DNA of 64,000 nt from Candidatus Woesearchaeota archaeon CG10_big_fil_rev_8_21_14_0_10_37_12 (GCA_002762795.1 PCYA01000009.1:5059-69058); one strand, 5' to 3'. Counted from the stretch's first letter, positions 40,501 to 49,964 are shown. Numbers and translations: made by a program. The notes: generated from the letters alone by a model not told the origin.

Positions 40501-40599
40501 CTGCAATGCTAATACGAGAAGTAACGTGAACAACACAGCGTGTTTTTGGACAAATGAAACTGTAGTCTTTGCTTTTGCCCAAATCGCATCCTTTTCCAT
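37582..40599 (-). CDS. aglB: Oligosaccharyltransferase AglB/STT3 homolog fused to a C-terminal FKBP-type peptidyl-prolyl cis-trans isomerase domain
   Basis: 13 or more TM helices and the WWDFGHHF (WWDYG) motif encoded at about 38883-38897. The last 110 aa are ALNYIGWTDDGVFDSS...PLAFIIGNDQLIPGFEKRIEGMMPGEIKTITVPPKEGYG, which is FKBP. Confidence 0.8.
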   Translation of the reverse strand: MEKDAIWAKAKTTVSFVQKHAVLFTLLLVLALQFVPSEGNAPWGSIWMRMQTKNLDIAENVASSNVDNFIQQQVASIAQQRYPNLPEANRQKVINDLKLKFQQENKATLDVEKGRLAKQVRDHFSYEENGKLYSYMPDIDPYHYLRLARNVLNTGHNYDELHDGVPWDNHMSAPVGTGVDNSWHSYVIAGFYKVNSLVNKNVPFMDSAAYIGIFLIFLSLIFIFFAGYRLGGKLSGFFAVIVLGLIPAIMTRTPWGHIDTDMYVVFFPALILFLLFETFFAESWKKQIMFACGTGVAISLFASFWSGWFFFADIIFGAVGLVIIIEIVLNRKKFRHGFVSLLEETHLKKHFIAALCIFVSGFVVSLFTIGVRAFWNGIFYNALNFRTIKSAAGGTIWPNVLTTVAELNPASFSMIISSVGGMLVFVVACFGILLSFSKRDQKNKREFVYSLILALWFVGSVYASLKGARFTLLLGPAVAIAFGAAAGFGYKYLSDFGKRQLHIHKYITGVVLLGIFSLMIINPALGGSNMAAQSYSSVRGSIPMVNDAWWAVLTKIKEESAPDAIITSWWDFGHHFKYIADRQVTFDGASQTSPQAHWIGRVLQTEDEREAIGILRLNDCGSNTAQGMIFEKLNDSFKTVEIIKTIIMQNKSSARDTLRDAGLSEDILQFTHCDPPENYFIVSPDMIGKAGVWSHFGMWDFKKAEVWLEWRHLPEKDAVAKMMNRFNWTEEKSKEIYKEAKALTSEDSANGWISGYPGYVTHDVQGCKVSGSLLVCGSLQIDITNGRGELSVDSGKALAKKVIIYNEKGEKQVFTSSEGNDQLTFIVWPVENGMSAIAANDALADSMFTRLFYMNGLGLKHFDLFARDNQLFGGPVYVWKVDWEGKDAYVPQGLLPKTSVISGAQVALNYIGWTDDGVFDSSIVDWRSKNVSSDSDFDSFETKPLAFIIGNDQLIPGFEKRIEGMMPGEIKTITVPPKEGYGVDPNAHPLGNKTLKFKIRVESIR

Positions 40600-40727
40600 T
40601 GTTTTTTCACAACTAAAATAACACCTTAAAAAACTTCCTATGGAGCTCGTCGTTACTTGCCAATAGTTACATTAACGAAAACTTTAAATAGTTGTTCTAT
40701 CGAACCGTTTATACAGGGGTAAGAAAT

Positions 40728-41912
40728 ATGAAGAAAATCCTTTTAACAACAGCAATTGCGGCAGCAGCACCAGTAGCAGCAGAAGCAAACAATGAACTAG
40801 ACACAAGAGCAGACGATATGAGTGGCGTCATCTACGCAGGAACGCAAGTTGAAAATGAAGCAGAAAGAGGCGTGCTTTCCTTGGACTTACGAGGCAACTT
40901 AGGAGAAAAAGGTGATTATCACCCAACACTTCGCGCACTTAGCGGAAGAGAAACAACAGAAATGGGAATTGATACTACTTTAGGAGCAGTACAACTAGGA
41001 TTAGGATTTGACTTCTTATTCTCACAAGGAACTCCTTTACTTCACTTAGAACCTTTTGTCGGCGCAGATTACTCGCGCACAGAAGGAGCATTCAATGAAG
41101 GACCAAACAAAGGAAATGAAATTGAATTAAGCCAATACGCAACAAACTACGGACTTAACCTTGGATTTAGAATTCCACAATTAGGAACAAGACTTGGCTT
41201 AACAGCATACGCAGGAAACGGAAGATATGATGTGGAAGAAAGAGTACGTGCAATGTTGCTCTCTGGAAGAGAACAAGACGGCAACTTTATTGTTGAAGGC
41301 ATTGTTCCTGCGTTTTTATCCGGAAATAAACAAGGAAACAGATCACAAATTGTTCTCGGCGGATCACTCACACAAATGATTCTTGGCACACCATCAAAAC
41401 CAATACGCACACGCGACGGTGATTTGATAGAACAGCAAGGAAATATTCTTTTTGCACGACCAGAAGATTGTGATTTCAACAGCAAAGACCCAACAAGACA
41501 ACTTCGTGCAACAGGAGCACGAACATTTGAACTTGACTTGTACGCAAACGGCCTTTACAGAGAATCAAGAAACGGCGGATTATTTGTTGATACGCTTCAA
41601 GGTGCACAAGCAGGACTTGTAGGAATATTCAACTTAAGAGATTATATTTTGGAAGACGGCAAAGTTGTACAAGAAGGAACAGCAATAGGATTAATGCCTT
41701 ACGCAAGATTCCAAAATTTAATGACGACTGTTCCTGGAGGAGCCAAGTTCCGTAAACAACTCATTGATGTTGGAGTACGAGGACTTGTTGAATACGCATT
41801 CGGCGGAAAACGAGGAATGACTTTAGGAGCCTATATCGATGGCGCGCACAGAAGCGACAGCGAGAAAAATGACGGTCCAATCGTAGAAGGGGGCATACAA
41901 TTATCATTTTAG
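40728..41912 (+). CDS. Secreted hypothetical protein with beta-rich, porin-like features
   Basis: Signal peptide MKKILLTTAIAAAAPVAAEA. The alternating-hydrophobic C-terminus ends in ...IQLSF. The ATG at 40728 follows a GGGG SD. The ORF table uses an upstream TTG. Confidence 0.4.
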   Translation: MKKILLTTAIAAAAPVAAEANNELDTRADDMSGVIYAGTQVENEAERGVLSLDLRGNLGEKGDYHPTLRALSGRETTEMGIDTTLGAVQLGLGFDFLFSQGTPLLHLEPFVGADYSRTEGAFNEGPNKGNEIELSQYATNYGLNLGFRIPQLGTRLGLTAYAGNGRYDVEERVRAMLLSGREQDGNFIVEGIVPAFLSGNKQGNRSQIVLGGSLTQMILGTPSKPIRTRDGDLIEQQGNILFARPEDCDFNSKDPTRQLRATGARTFELDLYANGLYRESRNGGLFVDTLQGAQAGLVGIFNLRDYILEDGKVVQEGTAIGLMPYARFQNLMTTVPGGAKFRKQLIDVGVRGLVEYAFGGKRGMTLGAYIDGAHRSDSEKNDGPIVEGGIQLSF

Positions 41913-41977
41913 TAAATCTTAAATATGAGTGCCACTCTCAAGTGGTCAACAACAAACGATAACGGGGGAAACAAACC

Positions 41978-42982
41978 ATGCAAGGGAAATATCTTACAAC
42001 AACAGCAATTGCATTAGCTGCACCACTAACAGGATGTGTTATTGGAGAAGAAGTAACTAGAGAAGGCGTACCAGAAGCTATTGCGCCAGTAAACGCAACA
42101 ACAAATGCACCAGAACAACAAAGAAACACCCTTGCAACAAACACTGATTATCGTGCACGATTACTTGCAGTTGGAAATAGACTGGACGAAATTGCCAGCG
42201 ACAAAATAGCAAACGGACAACCGAGAATATACACAAGCCCAAGACAAAGCGAAGACGAACTAAAACAACTTCTTGACACAAAAAAAGAACTTGAAGCAAT
42301 ACAAGAAGGCTTTGAAAATCAAAAAAATAACGACGATGCGTTAGGGGCATTAAGAACTGCTTACGCGACAAGACTTGAAGGATACTTAAGCACGCTTGCA
42401 AGTGACAAAGAACAAATCAAAGGACATTTGATTGTAGAATTAAACCCAGACCAAGCAGGAAGAGACATGGTTTACGGTACACGAGCAGGAAACAGACTAA
42501 CATTAGAAGGATCACTTGCAGATCATGTAGGATCATTTGGCGGAACAGAAGGAGTAGTATATGACCGAGACCAAGCACTTGAAAAACTTGCACGAGCAGA
42601 ATTTGGATACGCTGCACAACCAGGCGAAGCACTAGGCCCAGCAAGACTGCAAGAAATAGCAAGCCACGCAATGGAAGTCACACCAGACAATTGGGAAAAA
42701 GTTGCAGATTACATTCCAGCAATAGGAATCAGAGCAGGAAATGAAGTAATGACCAAAAGCAAACTTAAGAAATTAATTGATCATCAAAGAGTTCAATCAA
42801 TCGGCATTGTGTACACACATAACGTGCCAGAAGCTGTTCAACAGAATGATCAACAACTTCAAGGTCAACAAGACCAGAATGGCGATCAAGGCGCAGGAAA
42901 TAATGCCTCAGGTAACCAAGGCAACAATGGCGGCACTCCAGAAGATCCTGCAGCAGATGCAGCATTGGACAATATTGAGTAA
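41978..42982 (+). CDS. Putative lipoprotein (lipobox LTGC), secreted, with a Q/N/G-rich C-terminus
   Basis: MQGKYLTTTAIALAAPLTG|C. Confidence 0.45.
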   Translation: MQGKYLTTTAIALAAPLTGCVIGEEVTREGVPEAIAPVNATTNAPEQQRNTLATNTDYRARLLAVGNRLDEIASDKIANGQPRIYTSPRQSEDELKQLLDTKKELEAIQEGFENQKNNDDALGALRTAYATRLEGYLSTLASDKEQIKGHLIVELNPDQAGRDMVYGTRAGNRLTLEGSLADHVGSFGGTEGVVYDRDQALEKLARAEFGYAAQPGEALGPARLQEIASHAMEVTPDNWEKVADYIPAIGIRAGNEVMTKSKLKKLIDHQRVQSIGIVYTHNVPEAVQQNDQQLQGQQDQNGDQGAGNNASGNQGNNGGTPEDPAADAALDNIE

Positions 42983-43022
42983 TTTTTTTATTTTATCCAA
43001 GTAACATAAAAAGCTGATATAC

Positions 43023-45482
43023 ATGAACCAAAAAATACTCACAACATTAATCGTATTCTTACTAGCAATAACACCAGCAACAGCAGACATGTTCGGCGGA
43101 CAATTTGCAGGCGGACAAGGAATTGGCTCTGGACAAATCGCAGGCGGACAAGGCATAGGATCAGGACAGCTTGCAGGCGGACAAGGAATCGGAGCTGGAC
43201 AACTAGCAGGCGGATTTGGAATTGGCGGACAATTAGCAAGTGGACAAGGCATAGGATCAGGAATGACCGGACAAATGCCAAGCAGCAACTTTGTCACACA
43301 AAACAGCATACAAAACACAAACACATTCACCACACAAAACCTCAACAACAACTTGTTAAACAACTTTGAAACAAGAACAGACACACCACGCACAACAACA
43401 CAAACACTTCAACAAATAACCACAACTGGAACAACGCTGCCAAGAATAACAAGCTCACCAGTCACAACAGCGCGAGTAAACTTCAGATATCACTATCAAA
43501 TCATTGCAACACAACCAAACAACCAACCATTAGCATACTTAATTCTAAACGGACCAAACGGAATGAGCGTAACAAACACAGGACGAGTAAGCTGGACACC
43601 AAACCAAACAGGACAATATAACATACAAATAGGAGTAAAAACACAAGGAACAAACTTAGTAACACCACAATCATACACAATCACAGTCACAGAAAACCAA
43701 GCACCAGAAATCACAAGCCAACCAACACTAACAGCAATTGTTGGACAAGAATACGTTTACCAGATAACAGCAACAGATGCTGACGGAGACAGAACAGGAT
43801 CATTACCAGTGCAATCACCACAAGGAACAAACTTCAACATACAAACACAAACACTAACCTGGACACCAACAGCAAATCAAGTTGGACAACACACATTCAA
43901 AATATTAGTGGGAGACAGCTTTACAACAACAGAACAACAATTCACAGTAACAGTCAGATCAAGTTCATCTAATAACAACGGATCAAATGGTGGTGCAGAT
44001 GGTGGTTCAGACAACACAAACAGAGCACCAGTCATCACAAGTACACCAATAACAAACGCAGCAGCAGGAACAAGATACACATACGATGTTGAGGCAACTG
44101 ATGCAGACAATAACTTACTTACCTATGCACTCTTAAGCTACCCACAAAGCATGCGCATCAACTTCCAAACAGGAGTAATTACATGGATACCGACAACAGC
44201 ACAAGCAGGAAACAATAACGTTCGCGTTGTTGTAAGCGATGGCAGAACATCAACAACACAAGACTTCATAATCAACGTAGCAGCAAATGCCTTGCCACAA
44301 TTTGTGTCAAGCCCAATAAACAATGCGATTGTTAACCAACCATACACATACAATGTTGATGCAATTGATCCAAACAATGACAATATTGTGTACGCACTAC
44401 CAACAAAACCAACAGGAATGACAATCAATCCGCTTACAGGAATCATAACATGGATACCAACAAGTACAGGATTCTTCAACGTCACAGTAAGCGCAACAGA
44501 CGGAGGACAACCAGTACTACAACTATTCACAATTCATGTTCAATCACAAAACACAATCAACAACCATCCGCCAGTCATCACATCAACACCAATCAGAACA
44601 GCAACAGCAGGAACACAGTATTTGTATGTAGTACTTGCAGATGATGCAGACGGAGACACAAAAACATTTAACGTAAACGGACCTTCTGGAATGACAATCA
44701 ACAGCTTAGGAGTTATCAGCTGGACACCAAACAATACACAAACAGGAAATCATCCAGTAAGTGTTTCAGTAACAGACGGAACAGACACAGCATCACAAAC
44801 ATACACGCTAACAGTACAAACTCAAAGTCAAGGGTCTGCCAGTTGGCAAACAATTCCAACAGTAACAATCAATCAAGGAGCAACCTCAGGAACCATTATT
44901 TTAAGCAACGTTCTAGACAGATGCACAGATCCAGCAAACCCATTTGTAAATGTACAAATACTAAGCAACACAGCAGACTTACAATTCACAATTGACAGTA
45001 GAAATGATCTAAAACTCATATACATACATCCAAACGTTGTTGGAACACGACAAGTAAGATTGGCATGCAACGGTGTAGCAACAAGCTTTAACCTAAACAT
45101 ACAAGCAACAAACAACCAAAACAACAACGGAAACAATAATGGAAATACAGGAAGCAACAGTAATTCTGAAATCACAGTAAACTCAATCATCATACCAAAC
45201 GCGTATGATATAAGTCCAGGAAGCAGAATACCAATTACAGTAAGCGTAAGAAAAACAACAGGACCAAGAATAGAAGACGTACAAATAACAGCAACAATAC
45301 AAACACTTGGTGCACGAGCAACAAGCAGTGTTTTTGACATCGAAGGAAGCACATCTGTCAGGAGAACAGTATTCCTCCAAATTCCAGGAAGTGCTGATCC
45401 AGGCATATACACTGTGCGCATATCCATCGATGGAAGAAATGGCGTGCATGAGCAACTACACAGACAAATAACAATACGATAA
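43023..45482 (+). CDS. Large secreted surface protein or adhesin with a GGQGIGSGQ(I/L)A repeat tract and 5 or more cadherin-like/Ig-like (He_PIG/CADG-type) domains
   Basis: Signal peptide. Repeated (Y/L)TY(D/N)V(E/D)A(T/I)D(A/P)D(G/N) motifs. T/N/Q-rich. Confidence 0.55.
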   Translation: MNQKILTTLIVFLLAITPATADMFGGQFAGGQGIGSGQIAGGQGIGSGQLAGGQGIGAGQLAGGFGIGGQLASGQGIGSGMTGQMPSSNFVTQNSIQNTNTFTTQNLNNNLLNNFETRTDTPRTTTQTLQQITTTGTTLPRITSSPVTTARVNFRYHYQIIATQPNNQPLAYLILNGPNGMSVTNTGRVSWTPNQTGQYNIQIGVKTQGTNLVTPQSYTITVTENQAPEITSQPTLTAIVGQEYVYQITATDADGDRTGSLPVQSPQGTNFNIQTQTLTWTPTANQVGQHTFKILVGDSFTTTEQQFTVTVRSSSSNNNGSNGGADGGSDNTNRAPVITSTPITNAAAGTRYTYDVEATDADNNLLTYALLSYPQSMRINFQTGVITWIPTTAQAGNNNVRVVVSDGRTSTTQDFIINVAANALPQFVSSPINNAIVNQPYTYNVDAIDPNNDNIVYALPTKPTGMTINPLTGIITWIPTSTGFFNVTVSATDGGQPVLQLFTIHVQSQNTINNHPPVITSTPIRTATAGTQYLYVVLADDADGDTKTFNVNGPSGMTINSLGVISWTPNNTQTGNHPVSVSVTDGTDTASQTYTLTVQTQSQGSASWQTIPTVTINQGATSGTIILSNVLDRCTDPANPFVNVQILSNTADLQFTIDSRNDLKLIYIHPNVVGTRQVRLACNGVATSFNLNIQATNNQNNNGNNNGNTGSNSNSEITVNSIIIPNAYDISPGSRIPITVSVRKTTGPRIEDVQITATIQTLGARATSSVFDIEGSTSVRRTVFLQIPGSADPGIYTVRISIDGRNGVHEQLHRQITIR

Positions 45483-45568
45483 CTTTAAATAATAACGCTT
45501 ACTTCTAAGTGGTAATATTTGGCTATCACTTTTGGATGGTCAAAACACAAAGTCATGGGGGGAAATGA

Positions 45569-46786
45569 ATGAATTTGCGTAGCATAAGTATCAGTATAAT
45601 CTTCTTACTATGCATAGCAACAGTCACTGCACTCCCTATAAGTATAGACGAAGCAAAAATAGATGACATCCCTGTAAATGAAAACTCTGTTAACAGGCTT
45701 TCTTTAGAACGAGGAGAAGTTTACGAATTATTGCTCAGATTTACAGCATTTCAAGATGTAGATGATCTGCAAGTTCTCGCATTTGTCTCAGGCTTCGAAT
45801 TTGACGACATAGAACCAATAGCCGACAGAACACCTGTATTTGATGCAGACGCAGGCGTAACATACGTCAAAAGATTAGCAATACCAATATCACGAAACGC
45901 AGAAGAAGACGATTACAAAGTAAGAGTCATATTCTCAGACAGATCAGGAGACGAACTAACAGCAAACTACAACATCAAAATAGACGTACCAAGACACGCA
46001 CTACAAATTCTTGACGTTATTTTAAACCCATCAACAAGCGTACGTGCAGGAAGCTCACTATTAGCAAGAGTACGAGTTAAAAACCAAGGAGAAAGAGATG
46101 CAGAAGATGTTCGTGTAAGTGTGAACATACCAGGACTAGGAATTGGAGACACAACATACATCAATGAAATTGAAAGAAATGATGAACAAGCACAATCACA
46201 AGAATTATTCTTACGCATACCAAGATGCGCACAACCAGGATCATACGACGTTCTTATCACAGCAGAATACTTGCAAGGGTACAGAGCAGTACAAGACAGA
46301 AAAACAATCACAGTCACACAAGATGAAACATGCGAAGAATCAAATGAAGCACCAATAACAATAACACTGGGAAATAATGCACAACAAACACTCCCCGGAC
46401 AACCAGTAACATACCCAATCACCATAACAAACATAGGAAAAACCAGCAGAACTTTTGTTATCAACACACCTCCAACAGACTGGGCAGATGTCAGCGTAAG
46501 CCCAACAAATACACTTGTTGTGCAACCAAGACAAACACAAACAACATTCATAAGCGTTGAGCCAAATGAAGAATCAACATCAGGAAGCCACACAATCACA
46601 GCAGCAGTGACATCAAATAATTACCGAGAAGAACTAAACATAATCACAATGGTATTAGAACAACCAAGAAAAACAGGAATTTTTGAAACTGTTCTCATAA
46701 TCCTTGTTATTTTATTGGTTATAATTGGCATAATTATTGGCATAGCACACGCAAGAAGCAAAGAAAATAAACAGGAATACTATTAA
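45569..46786 (+). CDS. Secreted surface protein (CARDB/S-layer-domain-like) with a C-terminal TM anchor
   Basis: Signal peptide, then beta-rich domains, then ...IILVILLVIIGIIIGIAHARSK. Confidence 0.4.
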   Translation: MNLRSISISIIFLLCIATVTALPISIDEAKIDDIPVNENSVNRLSLERGEVYELLLRFTAFQDVDDLQVLAFVSGFEFDDIEPIADRTPVFDADAGVTYVKRLAIPISRNAEEDDYKVRVIFSDRSGDELTANYNIKIDVPRHALQILDVILNPSTSVRAGSSLLARVRVKNQGERDAEDVRVSVNIPGLGIGDTTYINEIERNDEQAQSQELFLRIPRCAQPGSYDVLITAEYLQGYRAVQDRKTITVTQDETCEESNEAPITITLGNNAQQTLPGQPVTYPITITNIGKTSRTFVINTPPTDWADVSVSPTNTLVVQPRQTQTTFISVEPNEESTSGSHTITAAVTSNNYREELNIITMVLEQPRKTGIFETVLIILVILLVIIGIIIGIAHARSKENKQEYY

Positions 46787-46787
46787 T

Positions 46788-49700
46788 ATGAAAAAAATAA
46801 TTGTATTATTGATTTTAATCGTTCTTTTACAAAGCGTAAGCGCTCAGGACTTTAACGCATACGGAGAACAATTCTTAGCAGGACAACCATGCACACAATT
46901 AACAAAACTAATAAGCATACAAAACACACAACAATACGCAGCAAACTACGCATTTAGTGTTGATGGAGATGGAAGCCAGTTTGTCAGCTTCTCACAATTA
47001 TCTTTAACACTAAACCCAGGACAAACTGGAACAATAACTGCATTTTACAACATTCCATGCGACGCAGAACTAGGAACATATGAGGTTGAGATCTATGTAA
47101 CAGACGGCATAACAGACAAACTAATACAACAACAACTTCTTATAGGATACTCAGATAATATACAAGTAAAAATATCTCCAGTCACACAAATAATAACACC
47201 ATGCAGTATTGCAACATACAACATAGAACTTACAAATCCATTAGGATTTACTGAAACATATACTTTGGAGGCAACAGGCCACGCAAACGTACACATAGGA
47301 CAGAAAACACTTTTAGTTCTTGCAAACCAAACAGCAACAACACAAATCACAGTAGCACCAGATGATTGCACTGCGTTCGGAGCACACGCACTAGAATTAA
47401 TTATTGAATCACAAAAAACAAAGCAAGCAAAGACACATTTGTTAGATCTGATTGTTACTCCAACACACATACCAGAACTAGCAACAGGCATAACAAAAAT
47501 CAGAACAGACTATGCTGATAGTACAGCAGAACTGACAATTCAAAATATTGGAGACAGAGAAACAGCCTACACGTTAGCTGTAGATGGAGTTTCTTGGGTC
47601 AGCCTTGCAACAAGAAGCATAACAGTAAGCCCAGGACAAACACAAATAATACCATTAAGCTTACAGCCAACAAAAGTCCTCCCGGCAGGAAAATATCCAC
47701 TAACATTCACAGCAACAGTAGATGAAACAGGAATACAATACAGCAAAGATATTGTTATTGCACTAGGACCACCAACATTCTTTGAACAAAACCCAGCAGC
47801 AGGAATAGTTTTGATCATCGTAGGAATAATTATTGTAATAATCATAGTCTTGCTTGCCATTCACGTAAGAAGCGATTCATACAAAACAAAAAAGAAGAAA
47901 CGAAATGAGGCAAGAGAAAAGAAACGCAAACTTAAACAACAGAAAAAAGAAGAAAAATTAAGGCTTAAAAAAGAAAAGAAAGAAGCAAAACTCAGAAAGA
48001 AAAGAGAACTTTACCTAAAAGCCCTTGAACGCAGACAGCGAGAGAAAAACAGGCTAGAAAAGAAAATACGCAAAAACGTAGAAAAAGAATACAAAACAAA
48101 CTATCATCTTATCTCGCGCAAAGAATTGATTGTGGGCGAATCACGAAAAATAGTACAAACACTATTTGCACTCTTTATATTTGTTATTGTAATACTGATA
48201 TTTATTGCAGCAAGAAAATTCTTATTACAAAATATTGTTGCAGTAGCAACAGGAATAGGAGTGCTTGTAATTCTGTACCTTGCAAAAAAACTAACAAGTT
48301 TCAGAGTTATAAAGAAAAAATGGAACTTATTACTTAAAGGAAAAACCGTAGAATTTACAGCATGGAAAAAAGGACTAACTGCATTATCAATAACTGCAGA
48401 ACAACCCATTAAAAGATTCAAAGCAATAATCAAAAAAGTCAAACCTGCAATCAAACCAAGCGTACGATACCAATCATTCTCATTCAGAACCAACATTCCT
48501 GCAGAAGCAACAGCAGTGTTCAAAATAAAAAAATCATGGCTGCGAAGAAAACACATACCCGAAACAGAAATTAAGCTTGCAAAACACAATACAGGAAACT
48601 GGACAAATATTGCACTAAGAAGAACAGAAGACGATGAAAAATACGTTCACTATCAAGCAACCATAAAATCAGGAGTGTATACTATTTATGGAACGCCAAA
48701 AATACCAAAGACAAAACCAGTAAAAGAAGAGAAAACCAAAAATACAGAAAACCAAAAAAAACCTGCAGAAGAGAAGCCAGTTAAAAAAGAAATCAAACAA
48801 AAAGCAGAGAAAAAAGTAAAGAGTAAAGAGTTAAAAGTAACAAAAATAGGAATTGGAAAAATAGTTGTATTTCTTGCGTTGATTGTGCTGCTCATTATTG
48901 TTCTAGGAATATCTATATCAGTAGGAAGTGCAACATACCTTGGAATAGGAATATTAACATTACTTGCAATTTACATAATAAAAAGAATAACTAAAGGAAA
49001 AATAAAACAAAAGAACTGGAAAATTTTCCCAGGAGAAGTTGAACTTTCAATATGGAATAAAGGATTAAGAAAACTTTACATCTCAGGAAAAGGAATACAA
49101 GACTTAAAAATTGTCGTTAAAAAAACAAAATCCATAATAACGCCATCATTAAACATATACCAAACATTCACATTTAACTTAAACAAACCGGCAAAAACAA
49201 TAGCAACAATTAGCGTTAAAAAAAGATGGCTTAGAAAAAATCATGCTGATTACAAAGACCTAAAACTTGCAAGATACACACCACATGGCTTTGTTAATTT
49301 GCCACTCAGAAAAGCAGGAGAAAACAAAAGAACAATACAATTCACAGTAGAAATAAAACAAGGAATGTACAGCATTTATGCACCAGCAAAGGTTAGCAGT
49401 AAGCAGTTAGCAGTAACCAGTAAACAGCCAGAAGTTAGAAGTAAGAAGCTGGAATTTAAAAGTAAAAAAGAGGTAAAGAGCAAAGGACTCGTAAAGAAAA
49501 AAGCAGTTAAGCCAAGAAACAAAATTAAATGGGCAATTGGGATCATTGTAGTATTGCTTGCGATTGCGATTTTTCTTGCACCAACACCACAACAAGAAAT
49601 AACAGGCATACCACCACAAACATGGACACAAAATACAATTCATGAATTAAACCTGGCAAATTATTTTGCAGACCCTGACGGAGATGAGCTAAATTATTCC

Positions 49701-49964
49701 GTAACACCAACTCAACATATCAATATTGAAGTACAGAACGGAATTGTACGTTTTATACCTGAAGAAAAATGGGCAGGAGAAGAACGCGTTCAATTTATTG
49801 CAACAGACAACCAAGGAAGCAAAACAACAAGCAACACAGTACCATTACAAGTTCAGCGAAGCATCATTGCACCTCACTTATACAAAACAATATCTGGTAT
49901 TGTTGTACTGCTTGTTATAATTCTAATTGTAATAATTGCATACTTTCATGCAAAAAAAAGCTAG
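46788..49964 (+). CDS. 1058-aa multipass surface/membrane protein. An N-terminal secreted domain is followed by a poly-Lys/Arg/Glu segment, then two copies of a diverged roughly 130-aa module separated by TM helices, then a C-terminal TM
   Basis: Signal peptide. 6 or more TM helices. Module 1 is about aa 505-640 and module 2 about aa 735-870 (WKKGL...K(K/R)(S/R)WLR(R/K)(K/N)H motif). Confidence 0.45.
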   Translation: MKKIIVLLILIVLLQSVSAQDFNAYGEQFLAGQPCTQLTKLISIQNTQQYAANYAFSVDGDGSQFVSFSQLSLTLNPGQTGTITAFYNIPCDAELGTYEVEIYVTDGITDKLIQQQLLIGYSDNIQVKISPVTQIITPCSIATYNIELTNPLGFTETYTLEATGHANVHIGQKTLLVLANQTATTQITVAPDDCTAFGAHALELIIESQKTKQAKTHLLDLIVTPTHIPELATGITKIRTDYADSTAELTIQNIGDRETAYTLAVDGVSWVSLATRSITVSPGQTQIIPLSLQPTKVLPAGKYPLTFTATVDETGIQYSKDIVIALGPPTFFEQNPAAGIVLIIVGIIIVIIIVLLAIHVRSDSYKTKKKKRNEAREKKRKLKQQKKEEKLRLKKEKKEAKLRKKRELYLKALERRQREKNRLEKKIRKNVEKEYKTNYHLISRKELIVGESRKIVQTLFALFIFVIVILIFIAARKFLLQNIVAVATGIGVLVILYLAKKLTSFRVIKKKWNLLLKGKTVEFTAWKKGLTALSITAEQPIKRFKAIIKKVKPAIKPSVRYQSFSFRTNIPAEATAVFKIKKSWLRRKHIPETEIKLAKHNTGNWTNIALRRTEDDEKYVHYQATIKSGVYTIYGTPKIPKTKPVKEEKTKNTENQKKPAEEKPVKKEIKQKAEKKVKSKELKVTKIGIGKIVVFLALIVLLIIVLGISISVGSATYLGIGILTLLAIYIIKRITKGKIKQKNWKIFPGEVELSIWNKGLRKLYISGKGIQDLKIVVKKTKSIITPSLNIYQTFTFNLNKPAKTIATISVKKRWLRKNHADYKDLKLARYTPHGFVNLPLRKAGENKRTIQFTVEIKQGMYSIYAPAKVSSKQLAVTSKQPEVRSKKLEFKSKKEVKSKGLVKKKAVKPRNKIKWAIGIIVVLLAIAIFLAPTPQQEITGIPPQTWTQNTIHELNLANYFADPDGDELNYSVTPTQHINIEVQNGIVRFIPEEKWAGEERVQFIATDNQGSKTTSNTVPLQVQRSIIAPHLYKTISGIVVLLVIILIVIIAYFHAKKS

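Noticed and set aside
42078-42965. Minus-strand ORFs (107, 84 and 66 aa) rich in Leu and Gln inside the lipoprotein gene
   Set aside because: They are antisense reflections of the Q/N/E-rich coding sequence and have no start-context support
49376-49460. Microsatellite-like agtaa/agcag repeats
   Set aside because: They lie inside the 1058-aa ORF and encode a K/S/Q-rich linker (SSKQLAVTSKQPEVRSKK). This is coding low-complexity, not an independent repeat element
45569-49964. PGF-CTERM archaeosortase sorting signals on the surface proteins
   Set aside because: The C-terminal TM anchors are present, but no PGF tripeptide precedes them
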